UHGV virus genome: UHGV-0278352
DNA from: a virus
DNA length: 41,010 bases
Direction: 5' to 3' (one strand)
This document shows positions 1 through 10,500 of the stretch, in pieces. The stretch's first letter is position 1. Every line of letters starts with the position of its first letter. The notes beneath the pieces were generated by a model. The model searched no databases. It saw nothing but the letters and a program-made list of their open reading frames with translations, and was not told the origin of the DNA. The position numbers were made by a program, and so were the translations under genes.

Positions 1-41
1 AGGCTGATATGCTGGCTGAGGATTGGGTGTTTGCTGAGTAA
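1..41 (+). CDS. 3' end of an upstream gene (C-terminal fragment, ...ADMLAEDWVFAE*)
   Basis: Open frame from the window edge to TAA at 39-41; too short to classify. Confidence 0.25.
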   Translation, partial: ADMLAEDWVFAE

Positions 42-84
42 TATTCTTGCTATTAAAAAAAATAAAAGAAAGGGGGAAAGCCCC

Positions 85-495
85 ATGAATAGAAATACAA
101 TCGTTTTAAAAGATGTTACAGAAATAAACGTTGTTAATGATAACGGCATTCATGCCATGCAGGTTATTGTTGATAATCTGACGGAGCTTGGGACCGTATG
201 GGACAAGCTCACACCCACTAATCTGTCAACGGTGACCATCAAAGATTCTGAGGGAGTAGTGGTAGGAAACTATAACAATATGGTCCTATGCAGCCCGGCT
301 TTCCGGTCGGTTGATAAAACCGAAGATGGAAAAATCAGCGCTACGTTCGGAATCCGTGAAAAGACAGAGATAGAGATGTTAAAGGAACAGGTTGCAGCCA
401 TGACTGAGACTTTAAGTGTGCATGATGGAGCGATTGGCGATATGGGCGCAGTTATTAGCGCCGTAGCAGAGGCCCAGGAAGGAGCGATAACATAA
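85..495 (+). CDS. hypothetical phage late protein (136 aa from ATG 85)
   Basis: ORF track 31..495; internal ATG at 85 preceded by AAGGGGGAAAG SD-like sequence; sits upstream of the lysis cassette; no recognisable motif. Confidence 0.5.
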   Translation: MNRNTIVLKDVTEINVVNDNGIHAMQVIVDNLTELGTVWDKLTPTNLSTVTIKDSEGVVVGNYNNMVLCSPAFRSVDKTEDGKISATFGIREKTEIEMLKEQVAAMTETLSVHDGAIGDMGAVISAVAEAQEGAIT

Positions 496-559
496 TGGGA
501 CGATACTATGGATTGAAAATCAGGAGCAAAGAAATGAAGCTGGAAGAGGTACCGAGGCT

Positions 560-955
560 TTGGAAAACAATGACAGAAAAGTGGTTGGAACAGAATCCAG
601 AATAACGATGGAGGATGGAATGGGAGAACAGATTGTTAAATACTGGGTCCAGGAGGTGCTTGCGCTGATGTCAGCTGCACTTGGCTGGCTGGCGAGAAAA
701 GTACATAAGTGGAAACTGGAGCAGGATTTAGTCAAGCAGGGAGTTCTTGCAATCCTTCATGATCGTTTGTATCAGGCTTGCCAGTTCTATTTGCAAAGAG
801 GATACTGCACAATAGACGACCGCGACAACATGGAATATATGTTCCGCCCTTATAAAGCGTTAGGCGGGAATGGAACTGGAGAAGATTTGTATAACCGTTG
901 CCTGGCCCTTCCATATGGGCCGGAGAAAGCGAGGAATGATGGTGAAAAAGATTGA
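560..955 (+). CDS. hypothetical protein directly upstream of the holin (one amphipathic or hydrophobic helix)
   Basis: ORF track; start uncertain (ATG 560, 608 or 620); its 3' end overlaps the holin start. Confidence 0.45.
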   Translation: MENNDRKVVGTESRITMEDGMGEQIVKYWVQEVLALMSAALGWLARKVHKWKLEQDLVKQGVLAILHDRLYQACQFYLQRGYCTIDDRDNMEYMFRPYKALGGNGTGEDLYNRCLALPYGPEKARNDGEKD

Positions 956-1178
956 TTGGGCAAGAAAGCTGACAAGTAGAAAGTTCTGGGCTGCTGTTGT
1001 TGGATTCGTTACACCGGTTATGGTAGCCTGCGGAGCAACGGATAATCAGGCTACACAGGTGGCAGGAATCATCATGGCGGGAGCAACATTGATTGCTTAC
1101 ATAATTGGTGAGGGTATGACAGATGCAGCAGCCGTAGGAAAGGAACCAGAGGCAGAGGAGCGGGTGGCAACCAAATAG
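936..1178 (+). CDS. holin (two predicted TM helices, charged C-terminal tail)
   Basis: ORF 870..1178 with internal ATGs at 936 and 939 after a GGAG/GAGG. Hydrophobic stretches AAVVGFVTPVMVACGA and VAGIIMAGATLIAYIIG, KIDW..SRKFW N-terminal motif typical of Firmicutes phage holins; immediately upstream of the endolysin. Confidence 0.65.
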   Translation: MMVKKIDWARKLTSRKFWAAVVGFVTPVMVACGATDNQATQVAGIIMAGATLIAYIIGEGMTDAAAVGKEPEAEERVATK

Positions 1179-1220
1179 CCGGAGGTGATCCGAAATCTAA
1201 TATGTAACAAGTCAACAGGA

Positions 1221-1245
1221 GGGGAGGCAGAGGGCTTCCCCTTTT
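1221..1245 (+). terminator. GC hairpin plus T-run between holin and endolysin (possible attenuator or terminator)
   Basis: GGGGAGGC-agag-GGCTTCCCC followed by TTTT at 1242-1245. Confidence 0.3.
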
Positions 1246-1265
1246 ATGCATAAGGAGGAAAGATT

Positions 1266-2240
1266 ATGATTGATAATGCGTACGCAAGAGGTCAGAAACT
1301 GTTATGTGGCGATTATAGCCAGTATACACCCACGGGGAAGTCTTATTTCACAAGAAAAGGCCGATGGTTCTCTGTACCAAGAAGGGGCGATATTGTCTAT
1401 TTCTATTATACTTCCCTGGGCCGTGTCGGGCATGTGGCTGCTGCTGTGGTAGTCGAAACAGATTATCAGAACCGGACATTTGAGTTTGTCACGGTTGAGG
1501 GAAACACATCTTCGGGAAATGCTGGGGACCGTAATGGAGGCTGTGTTGGTCGGCATACATATAAAGCATCTTTTGATGCAGTAGGAGGAACCAAAAAAAT
1601 CAGTGGTTTTGGTCGCCCCATGTACAGTATGGATACCTGCACAGTGGATGAATTTATTAACGTCCTGGAGGGAGAACTGGGATACATCGAAAAGGAAAGC
1701 AATAAAAACCTGGATAGTAAAACCGGTAATCCAGGAGATAAAAATTATACAAAGTATGGAAAGTGGTATGGTTATACCCCTGCATACTGGTGCCAGCAGT
1801 TTATATCATGGTGCGCCTACGAAGCCTGCCGACAGCACATGGAGAAAACACAGACCGGGTGGGAGAAACAGGCAGATGGAAGCTGGAAGTATTTACGGTA
1901 TGGCGCATACATCAAAGATGAATGGGAACTAATCAACACCGCAGCTGGAGCCCAGTGGTTTGTATTTGATGGTTCCGGGACAATGATAACGGGATGGTTC
2001 GGGTCAGATGAGCAGGGATGGTACTACATGAACCCGGATGATGGGGCAATGCTGGCGGCACAATGGTTTGAAGTCAAGGGCAAACATTATTATGCAACAA
2101 AGACCGGGGAAACAGCAAAGAATGTATATGTGAAATCAACGGCTTCAGGAGTATATTGTTGGGTGAATGGTGCGGGAGAATGGGAGAAAAAGTGGGATAC
2201 AACCATGCCGGACTTGCAAACATATGGCCTGGCAGAATAG
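1266..2240 (+). CDS. endolysin: N-terminal Cys/His peptidase-amidase domain (Amidase_5/CHAP-like) plus C-terminal choline-binding-type cell-wall-binding repeats
   Basis: N-terminus LLCGDYS ... RRGDIVYFYY..GRVGHVAAAV resembles the Cys...GDI..G.HxG pattern of the Pal/Amidase_5 and CHAP families. C-terminus carries three GW/Y-rich repeats (GSWKYLRYGAYIK, GWFGSDEQGWYYMNPDDGAMLAAQWFEVKGKHYY) typical of Cw_binding_1 repeats; adjacent to the holin. Confidence 0.8.
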   Translation: MIDNAYARGQKLLCGDYSQYTPTGKSYFTRKGRWFSVPRRGDIVYFYYTSLGRVGHVAAAVVVETDYQNRTFEFVTVEGNTSSGNAGDRNGGCVGRHTYKASFDAVGGTKKISGFGRPMYSMDTCTVDEFINVLEGELGYIEKESNKNLDSKTGNPGDKNYTKYGKWYGYTPAYWCQQFISWCAYEACRQHMEKTQTGWEKQADGSWKYLRYGAYIKDEWELINTAAGAQWFVFDGSGTMITGWFGSDEQGWYYMNPDDGAMLAAQWFEVKGKHYYATKTGETAKNVYVKSTASGVYCWVNGAGEWEKKWDTTMPDLQTYGLAE

Positions 2241-2249
2241 GAGGAAGAT

Positions 2250-2621
2250 ATGACAGTAGGGGAGTTAATAGAAACCATCATCCGGTTAAGAGGACAACAA
2301 TATGGAGAGGACATCATGATGGGATGGCTCAATGAGATAGAGGGACAGGTAATTGATGAGATAGTGAACCGGGCAGAAGGATACGATGTGGAATTTAAAC
2401 CTTTGTCTTACGATTCGGATGCGGAAAAGAGACTGACCATCCCAGAGCGATTCCAGGATGTCTATATCAATTATATGCTTTCAAAGATTGATTATCATAA
2501 CCAGGAAACAGAACGGTATAACAATGATGTGATCATGTATAACAGCGCATATGATGCGTATGCGGCATGGTTTAGGCGCGAGAACCGGCCAAAGCGTGGC
2601 GCGTCATTCTCAGGGTTTTAG
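2250..2621 (+). CDS. hypothetical protein (123 aa)
   Basis: ORF track, RBS GGAGGAAG upstream, tightly packed in the late operon. Confidence 0.5.
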   Translation: MTVGELIETIIRLRGQQYGEDIMMGWLNEIEGQVIDEIVNRAEGYDVEFKPLSYDSDAEKRLTIPERFQDVYINYMLSKIDYHNQETERYNNDVIMYNSAYDAYAAWFRRENRPKRGASFSGF

Positions 2622-2630
2622 GAGGCTGCC

Positions 2631-4196
2631 ATGGGACGACTACCAATCCTTACTATGGCTCCGAAAGAAACCAGCCGCCAGATAGGGAACTTCTTGGGGC
2701 TGAACACAGGAGCTGTAATCAACGAAAACGAATTTGCAGATATGAAAAATATGACATCCGATGATTTCCCAGCCATTTCTACGCGGAAGCCCAGAGGGAA
2801 GATTATCAAGAACCTGACAACGCCTCACGGCCTGTTTTATAAAAACGGATTAGTCTACGTGGACGGTACTGAGCTGTATTACAAGGATAAAAAGATTGCA
2901 GATGTGACAGACACGGATAAACAGATAGTAGGATTGGGAGCCTACCTGGTTATTTTCCCGGATAAGATAATGTATAACACCTCATCAGAGGAACTGACCA
3001 GACTGGAAACGCAATGGTCACAAACATCCTCAGCCACATTTGCACAGACTACAAAGGGGTCAACCATGGTCAAAATCAGTTGTACAGGAATAGGAGTCTC
3101 CTTCCATCAATTTGATGGGGTAGAGATAACGGGATGCACAAATGATGCCTTTAACAAAACTACAGTGATACAGGAAATCGCCAACGATTACCTTGTAATT
3201 ATTGGTGATTTATCTGAATCATTCAGTCAGGAAAACGGACTTACTATCAGCCGAAAGGTTCCTGATATGGATTATATCTGCGAGAATGGAAACCGGCTCT
3301 GGGGATGCTCCAGCGAAAACCATGAAATATACGCAAGTAAGCTGGGCGATCCGGCCAACTGGAATGCGTTTGAAGGGATAAGCACAGATGCATATGCGGC
3401 TACCGTAGGAAGTGACGGGGACTTCACTGGCTGTCTGTCCCATCTGGGATATGTCCTGTTTTTCAAAGAGGATGCTATACATACTGTTATGGGTGATAAG
3501 CCGAGTAACTATCAGATTACAACCGTCTGCCCGGCCAGAGGGATTGCAAAAGGCTGTGAAGGTACAGCTTGTGTGGTGGATGAAACATTAATATATGCGG
3601 CCCGTAGCTGCATATGCAGCTATGACGGTGCCAACCCATCCAGCATATCGGATGCCATAGGAGACTACAGAGTAACCCAGGGAGTGGCTGGGCAGTACGA
3701 TGGCAAATATTATGCCTCTCTTGAACGGAATGGAGAATGGGCCATGTATGTGTTCGACCTGGAAAAAAACTTGTGGCACAAGGAGGACGGCTTACATGTA
3801 CGGTTTATGTCATACGGAGAAGGAGAACTATACTATATCGACATAGACGGAAATCTTTCAACTGTAGCCGGGAATCGGGAAGAGAAAATAAAGTGGATCC
3901 TTGAAAGCGGGGATATGTTGGACGGAAGTATTGAGTTTAAGTATCTGAAGCGCCTTCTCTTCAATATGAAATTGGAACCAGGGACAGAGGTGGATATCCT
4001 TCTTCAATATGATGATCAGAAGGAATGGGAGAAGGTATACACATATACGGCTGCCTCATATCGTACCTATGCGCTCAATGTGATACCGCACCGGTGCCAG
4101 AAATACCGGTACCGCCTGGAGGGAAGAGGGGCGGCCACATTGATTGCGATAGGCAAATATGTAGGTTATGGGAGTGAACGGTATGGCAGTATTTAA
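2631..4196 (+). CDS. putative tail/baseplate structural protein (521 aa, beta-rich)
   Basis: ORF track; position directly upstream of the fibre genes; no recognisable catalytic motif. Confidence 0.5.
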   Translation: MGRLPILTMAPKETSRQIGNFLGLNTGAVINENEFADMKNMTSDDFPAISTRKPRGKIIKNLTTPHGLFYKNGLVYVDGTELYYKDKKIADVTDTDKQIVGLGAYLVIFPDKIMYNTSSEELTRLETQWSQTSSATFAQTTKGSTMVKISCTGIGVSFHQFDGVEITGCTNDAFNKTTVIQEIANDYLVIIGDLSESFSQENGLTISRKVPDMDYICENGNRLWGCSSENHEIYASKLGDPANWNAFEGISTDAYAATVGSDGDFTGCLSHLGYVLFFKEDAIHTVMGDKPSNYQITTVCPARGIAKGCEGTACVVDETLIYAARSCICSYDGANPSSISDAIGDYRVTQGVAGQYDGKYYASLERNGEWAMYVFDLEKNLWHKEDGLHVRFMSYGEGELYYIDIDGNLSTVAGNREEKIKWILESGDMLDGSIEFKYLKRLLFNMKLEPGTEVDILLQYDDQKEWEKVYTYTAASYRTYALNVIPHRCQKYRYRLEGRGAATLIAIGKYVGYGSERYGSI

Positions 4197-5160
4197 ACCC
4201 CTGGTATTGGACCGGAATGAAACAGATATGAATAAGGTCATGAACAAATTGTACCGATTTAGTAGGGAGTTGAAATACACATTGTCCAATCTGAGCCTGG
4301 AGGACAACATGGATAATTCGGTTCTTATGTTGATGGATAGGCGGGATGAAAAGGTACGTGAAATTAATTTCAACGCGGGTGGACTAAATATCGACCTTAA
4401 AGATTATGAAACCGGAATGCATACAAGCCTGGAGCAGACTAGCGAAAAGATATCAGTACTTGTTCAGCAGGGCGGTGTGGTGGATACAATGCTTACCAGG
4501 ATGGAACTGTATGGAGAGTACATCAGATTAAAAACGGGACAGGTTATCATTGATGCCGGAAACATGACTTTAAATGTGTGCGGAGATACAAAATTCTGGG
4601 GAACAATTACAGGAGGTTCCATTAATATTGCTAACCACTTTGTCGTAGATAAGATCGGTAACTGCTATATTGATGGGGTCCTGACTGTAGCAACCCTCAA
4701 TCCTCCGAATGGGGTATATGCTGCTGAACTGGATGTTTATAACGATAATGATGTAATCAACACAGTGACCGGAAACATAACGTGTGGGGAGGCATATATA
4801 GCAGAGCAGTTAACTTGCCGGAAAGCAAGGCCGCAGTCAGATGCGAGATTGAAACAAGATATACGAGAAATTATGGAAGATGAAGTGAAAGAAGCACTTA
4901 AGGCCATAATCCCACAAAGATACATATTTGCAGATAGTAAGAAGGTAAGAATAGGATGCATTGCACAGGATATATACCGAAGGCAGGATATGGCAGGAAT
5001 ATCCTTACCAATGGTAGGAAGGCATGCCGGATATTTAGACCTGCCATATAGCAGCTATCATGCTGTTTATGCAAAACTTATACAGCAGAACCAAAAAAGA
5101 ATAAATAACCTAAAAAACGAAATTATAAGACTGAAAGGAGGAAGCCGTGTCAAGCTTTAA
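4168..5160 (+). CDS. tail fibre protein with C-terminal intramolecular chaperone (peptidase S74-like) domain
   Basis: C-terminus ...RPQSDARLKQDIREI...RIGCIAQDIYRR...LPYSSYHAVYAKLIQQNQKRINNLKNEIIRLKG matches the autoproteolytic chaperone domain of endosialidase-type fibres (S-D-x-R-L-K motif and terminal coiled coil). Paralogous along its full length to 5147..6088. Confidence 0.7.
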   Translation: MGVNGMAVFKPLVLDRNETDMNKVMNKLYRFSRELKYTLSNLSLEDNMDNSVLMLMDRRDEKVREINFNAGGLNIDLKDYETGMHTSLEQTSEKISVLVQQGGVVDTMLTRMELYGEYIRLKTGQVIIDAGNMTLNVCGDTKFWGTITGGSINIANHFVVDKIGNCYIDGVLTVATLNPPNGVYAAELDVYNDNDVINTVTGNITCGEAYIAEQLTCRKARPQSDARLKQDIREIMEDEVKEALKAIIPQRYIFADSKKVRIGCIAQDIYRRQDMAGISLPMVGRHAGYLDLPYSSYHAVYAKLIQQNQKRINNLKNEIIRLKGGSRVKL

Positions 5161-6088
5161 CGTGCCAGCCATTGGGGGAAGAAACCCGGATATTAAGAAG
5201 GTATATAGCTACATACAGATGTTGAACAAACAGCTTCAATATAGTCTCAACAACATCACACCGGAAGATAATTTCACGCAAGAATCTTTTCTGAAATATC
5301 AGGAAACAGATACCTATATTGCACAGATGGAAGTAACCATGGACGGCTTCCTATCCCAGTTCAAAGACCTCCAGAACGAACTGGAAACGAGCATACAGGT
5401 ACTAAATGGAGAAATTAGTTTAAAGGTAGCGGCTGATGACTTGTGTTCAGAGATATCAGCAACGACTAAAACAATGACCTTTCGCACAGGAAACCTGATT
5501 ATAGAAAGTGAGAATTTTAAGCTGTATAAAAATGGAAATGCGGAGTTTTCTGGAGCAATAACTGGTGGTTCTATTAATATCAATAATAATTTCATCGTGA
5601 CCAGCAGTGGTCAGGTGACAGCCAAATCCATAACATATTCAGGAACAGTGAAGTCAAACGGCCTATTGTATAGCAATTATATGCGAATTGCCGGGGATGC
5701 CAATGTGGAAGGGACCCTATCATGCCGAAATATGAATGTAACATATGATGTGTCCTGCGAAACTCTTTTTGAACGGTCTGACCGTAGACTAAAAGAGCAG
5801 ATAGAACCAATCCCTGATGAAATCGCTTTAGCAATTGTCCTTGGGTACAGGCCGGTAACTTTTAAGTATAGAAAATCTGGTGAAATGTCTATGGGACTGA
5901 TTGCACAGGATGTAGATGAACTACAGAAAAAGTTAGGGACCAATTTGCCACTGGTTGACCACAATGGAGAATATCTTTCAATACCATACAGTACCAATAG
6001 TGTGTTATTTGCGGGAGCCATACGCAGCCAGCAAAGAGAATTAGATGAACTGGAACGAGAGGTAAACCAATTGAAGGAGGTAGCATAA
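5147..6088 (+). CDS. tail fibre protein paralog with C-terminal S74-like chaperone domain
   Basis: SDRRLKEQIEPI...MGLIAQDVDELQ...IPYSTNSVLFAGAIRSQQRELDELEREVNQLKE; shares ITGGSINI.N.F(V/I)V motif and N-terminal similarity with 4168..5160. Confidence 0.7.
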   Translation: MSSFNVPAIGGRNPDIKKVYSYIQMLNKQLQYSLNNITPEDNFTQESFLKYQETDTYIAQMEVTMDGFLSQFKDLQNELETSIQVLNGEISLKVAADDLCSEISATTKTMTFRTGNLIIESENFKLYKNGNAEFSGAITGGSININNNFIVTSSGQVTAKSITYSGTVKSNGLLYSNYMRIAGDANVEGTLSCRNMNVTYDVSCETLFERSDRRLKEQIEPIPDEIALAIVLGYRPVTFKYRKSGEMSMGLIAQDVDELQKKLGTNLPLVDHNGEYLSIPYSTNSVLFAGAIRSQQRELDELEREVNQLKEVA

Positions 6089-6264
6089 TGAAGTTAGTGT
6101 TTGACGAAGATAAAATTAACATAGTACTTATGATGGTAAATCAGTTGCGGGTAGAAGGAGTACAACAGGCTGGATTGCTGGTGAACATCAATAATCTGCT
6201 TACAAACGGGGAGAAGGTGGAAGAAAATAAGACAGAAAATAAAGATAAGAAGGAGGAGAAGTAA
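6088..6264 (+). CDS. small hypothetical protein (58 aa, acidic and K-rich C-terminus)
   Basis: ATG 6088 overlaps the previous stop (TAATG) with a strong GAAGGAGG RBS; ends at TAA 6262-6264 one base before the next ATG; below the ORF-track length cutoff. Confidence 0.5.
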   Translation: MKLVFDEDKINIVLMMVNQLRVEGVQQAGLLVNINNLLTNGEKVEENKTENKDKKEEK

Positions 6265-7500
6265 ATGGCAGTAGCAAGTATTGTGGATTATTTAAAAAGT
6301 AAAGGACAGGACAGCTCCTATAACAATCGGAAAAACCTCGCAAACCAGTATGGAATAACTGGTTATACGGGAACCGCATCCCAGAATACAAACCTCCTTA
6401 AAGCAATGCAAGGGGGAGGTCAAAGCAGTCAGCCCCAACAGAATCAGGCAAATGGTAGCAATGCTGTGATAACACCGGTTACAAGTTCTTCCCCAGGCCA
6501 TCCCGCAACGGACTATCTGACCGGATATCAATACAATAAATATAGACCATCCGATAGAGTAAACAACTATGCGGATAAACTGGAAGATTTAGAAAATAAC
6601 AAGCCAGGAGACTTTGTAAGCAAATATGACGGACAGATAGACAGCATTGTTAATAGCATTCTGAACCGGGAACAGTTTGATCCAAACAGCGTGTATGATA
6701 CAGACCTGTACAAGAATTATCGGGAACAGTACATGCAGCAGGGCAATAAGGCCATGCGTGACACTATCGGTAATATATCAGGCATGACAGGCGGATATGG
6801 ATCTACATATGCCACGGCTGCCGGTCAGCAGGCGTATGATGGCTATTTGAGTCAGCTTGGGGATAAGACTATGGACATCTATGATAGAGTATATCAGCAG
6901 TATCTTAACGAAGGCCAGGAATTGTACAACCAGCTTGGCATGGTGAATAATCAGGACAATATTGATTATAGCAGATATCGGGACACAGTAGGAGATTATT
7001 ATAGCGACCTCAACTATTACGCGGGCCGTTACGATAGCTCATACGCGCAGGATTTCGGAGAATACCAGTACGGCCAGGATGCCCAGCGCTGGGCAGAGGA
7101 ATATGCATACCAGAAAACGCAGGATGCATTGGCGCAGTCTAATTGGCAGACACAGTTTGATTACCAGAAACAGCAGGATGCACTGGATTATGCTTTAAAA
7201 CAGCAGCAGCTGGCGGCGTCCAGAAGCAGAGGCGGGTCCGGTGGAGGGAGTAAAAAGACATCGAACACAAAGAGCCAGACACAGACAGTACAAAAGCAGG
7301 CCACTTTAGGAGGAAGATCTTATTTTATTTATGATACCAGACAGAAGCTGGAGAAGAATGCAAGCAATGCAGATGTAATGCAGGAATTATATGATAGAGG
7401 GGTATCAGATGATGAAGTAAAGAAAATAATGAAGGCCGCGGGCGGGGACTATGAAGAAGGACTTCGTGAAGCAATGGAATATGCAAATCAGAGGAGATAA
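6265..7500 (+). CDS. Q/N/Y/D-rich low-complexity protein (411 aa) with an N-terminal LysM-like segment (tentative)
   Basis: ORF track; long stretches such as YDSSYAQDFGEYQYGQDAQRWAEEYAYQKTQDALAQSNWQTQFDYQKQQ; stop lies 2 nt before the giant ORF start. Confidence 0.55.
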   Translation: MAVASIVDYLKSKGQDSSYNNRKNLANQYGITGYTGTASQNTNLLKAMQGGGQSSQPQQNQANGSNAVITPVTSSSPGHPATDYLTGYQYNKYRPSDRVNNYADKLEDLENNKPGDFVSKYDGQIDSIVNSILNREQFDPNSVYDTDLYKNYREQYMQQGNKAMRDTIGNISGMTGGYGSTYATAAGQQAYDGYLSQLGDKTMDIYDRVYQQYLNEGQELYNQLGMVNNQDNIDYSRYRDTVGDYYSDLNYYAGRYDSSYAQDFGEYQYGQDAQRWAEEYAYQKTQDALAQSNWQTQFDYQKQQDALDYALKQQQLAASRSRGGSGGGSKKTSNTKSQTQTVQKQATLGGRSYFIYDTRQKLEKNASNADVMQELYDRGVSDDEVKKIMKAAGGDYEEGLREAMEYANQRR

Positions 7501-7502
7501 TC

Positions 7503-10500
7503 ATGGCTGTCAAGAAAAATTATGATAAGTATAATATGTTTGCTTCATCTTCCAATACAGAGGAAGATGAAAAAGAAGATAATGTAAGTGTAGCTGCCCG
7601 GATTTTTGAAAGAAGAAGGCAGGCTTTAAAGCAGGATGGTGCCACATCTACAGAATCAGGGATGTCGCCGGCAGAGATATTCAAGAAAAGGAAAGAATAT
7701 TTGAAAACTGCAACACAAAGAACACCGGAGCAGACGGATATCCTTAGAGCAGACCGTGAGGAAGCGCGCAAATTATCACAGAAATTATCGGTCAGCCCGA
7801 ATAAAAAGCTGTACGCAACGCCAGACCAGCAGCCCCAAAATGCAGGCAGTCCATTTGCGCCTATACGCCAGACACCGGAACAAAAAAGCCAGGTTGAGGA
7901 ATATGCAAGGCGGTTGGCCGAGAAAACGAAGCAGGAAAAACAGGCAAAACAAAAGCGTGAACAGGAGCAGCAAGAAACGAAGAGAATTTTGGATAAGACA
8001 GGGTTCCAAGATGGGTACCAGTTCAAGCGATATGTTGATCTACCAAATGAACCTGATTTTGCAGAGACAATTGATAAGGCAAAAAACAATGATCCATCAT
8101 GGATGGAACGAATTCAATTCTGGAAAAATGAGGCCAATCCTGTTGAGGATGCATTTCGAGAAATCGAAAGCATGCAAAAAGGGCCGATATGGAATAGACA
8201 GCCTGCTAATAAAGAGGATATCCTTTCACGGACGGAAGGAATGGAAACCGAACATGCATCGTCTTTGCGTAAATACTCTATGCTAACCGATAACGAAAGG
8301 TATACATATGACTATGTATTTGAAAAGGCCGGGAGAGATGCAGCAAATAAATATCTCGCAACTTTACAAGATAAGATTAACCAGAGGAGTGCGTTGGATA
8401 GATATGAAAGAGCTGATAAATCTGTACCGAATGCATTGAAGATACCATATAACATCGGAAAGTCCGCTGAAATAGGAGCAGAGAGCGCCATAAGGGGAAT
8501 GGAATATCTACCGGACGCAATTCGAGGAAAACAGAAGGATTATAGTAATACAGAATCGGAATACTACCAAAGCTTATTAAATGGAAATGCGGGTGGGGCA
8601 GAGAGGTTTGCTTATAATACAGCATCAGTAATTGGAAATATGGCCCCTTCTATTGCGGCCGGAATGGTTTCGGGAGGGGCTGGTGCGACTGCTGGAGCAT
8701 CTGGAAAGATTGGAGCAATGGTTGCTAATGCCGCATCAAAAGGAACAGTAGGAATAGGAATACTATCGGCACAGACTGCGGGACAAACATACAGGCAGGA
8801 TATTATGGAGGGCAGGCCGGTTGAGGGTGCACAGATAAATGCTGCACTTACTGCTGCTGATGAATATGTAACAAACTGGCTGCTGGGAGGTATTGCAGCA
8901 TATGGCGGCGGAGCCGTGGGAAAAGCATTAAAGAACAGCAAGGTGGGTCAGGCTGCAAAGCAGGGCATATCAAATGCTTTGGCAAAGAATCCGGCAGTCC
9001 GTAGGGCGGTCCTTGGAGTTGCCAATTATGGAGGCGCTATGTTCTCAGAAGGAACCCAGGAAGCCGTTCAGGACCTGACAGAATCCATTCGGAAAAGTGC
9101 AATATACGGAGATAAACTTGACCTTGTTGGAGACCTCACAGATCCGCAAACCTGGGAGGATTTTGCATTAGGTGCAGTTACAGCAGGTATTTTGAATGCA
9201 CCAGGGACAATAGCAAACAACGTGGCAATCAATCAGTATGGAAAGAATCTGAATCCAGATTACCGCGATTACTCACAGATGGATATATCACCAGAGAACT
9301 ATACTTCACAGGACGATTACCGGGAAGCAGTAAATCTGAAAAAGCTGGCAGAAGAATATGCCGAAAGACAAAGACGGGGGGAATTTATTAAGAACCGTGA
9401 GAAGGCCGAGTATGATATGCGATTCCAGGAATTTCAGAATAATGTATCAGACCATAACAACGCCAAAAGTGATGATACAAACGCACAGAATGAACCACAT
9501 AGGCAAGAAGCGGTAAGAGACGAAGAATCCCAGGAGCAGACATATGAAGCTGAATATGGGCCGTATAATGAGCCGGTTGTAATGCCGGTTGAGGGAGAGA
9601 CTACGGGGAAAGATAGTTATATCCCAGAGACAAATAAAATAAACGTGGCAGAGGCTTATAGAACTCCATATGGAGAGAATGGAGGCAAGGCCCTGGAAGA
9701 AAACTACGATGGAAGTGTGGATATATCAACATATAACAGGGCCTTCGGACGTGTTTATGATGCGGGGAGATATGACGTTGATTTGTCTGTAGCGGAACAA
9801 TCAGCAATTGTATCTGTATTGACACCAGAGCAGGTAACAGCGGCATATAAAGCAGGAGCGCAAGATAGAAACAAAGAAATGCAGATTGACATTAAAACGG
9901 GCCTTCCGACAAACATGATTCAGGGAGAGACCAAAACGGGGGGGTTAGGGGCCGTCACGGAAAATGCTTCGGAGGCCCAGAGGACCGTTGCGGAACACGT
10001 CGGAAAAATGACTGGACTAAAAATAAACCTGGTAGATGATGTGGGAGAGGGAAATGCTACGGCTTCATACAAACATGGAGAAATCACATTGTCAGTCAAT
10101 GCTTCAGACTTTAATGGTGCATTATCACACGAACTTACCCATTTCATTAAGGATTATGCAAACGATGCCTATAATGTCTATACAAAGTATGCCGTACAGG
10201 CATTGATGGAATCCGATTCGGTGTCGTTGGAGGACCTGGTGGAGCAATATGAGACAGCATATAGTAAGGCAGGACAGGAAGCGAGTCGGGAAGAAATCAT
10301 GGACGATATTGTTGCGGATGCCACGCAAAAGTTTTTAAATGATTCTCAATTTGCAGAATCCATTGTTAAAAAAGATAGAACATTAGCCCAGAAAATAGTT
10401 GATTTCTTTACAGATGTTATAGACGCTTTAAAAAGCCTTATGAAAACAGGAAGCACCAGAAAAGCAGCAAAGGCACTGGAAGAAAAGGTAACATATTTTG

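Noticed and set aside
7520-8089. Long antisense ORFs inside coding genes (for example minus 7520..8089 in the giant gene, minus 23640..24278 in parB, minus 38819..39379 in the fibre gene)
   Set aside because: They lie within strongly supported plus-strand genes. Their compositions (Ala/Ser/Cys/Leu-rich) are typical of reverse-strand translation of Ala/Glu/Lys-rich coding sequence, and they have no RBS.
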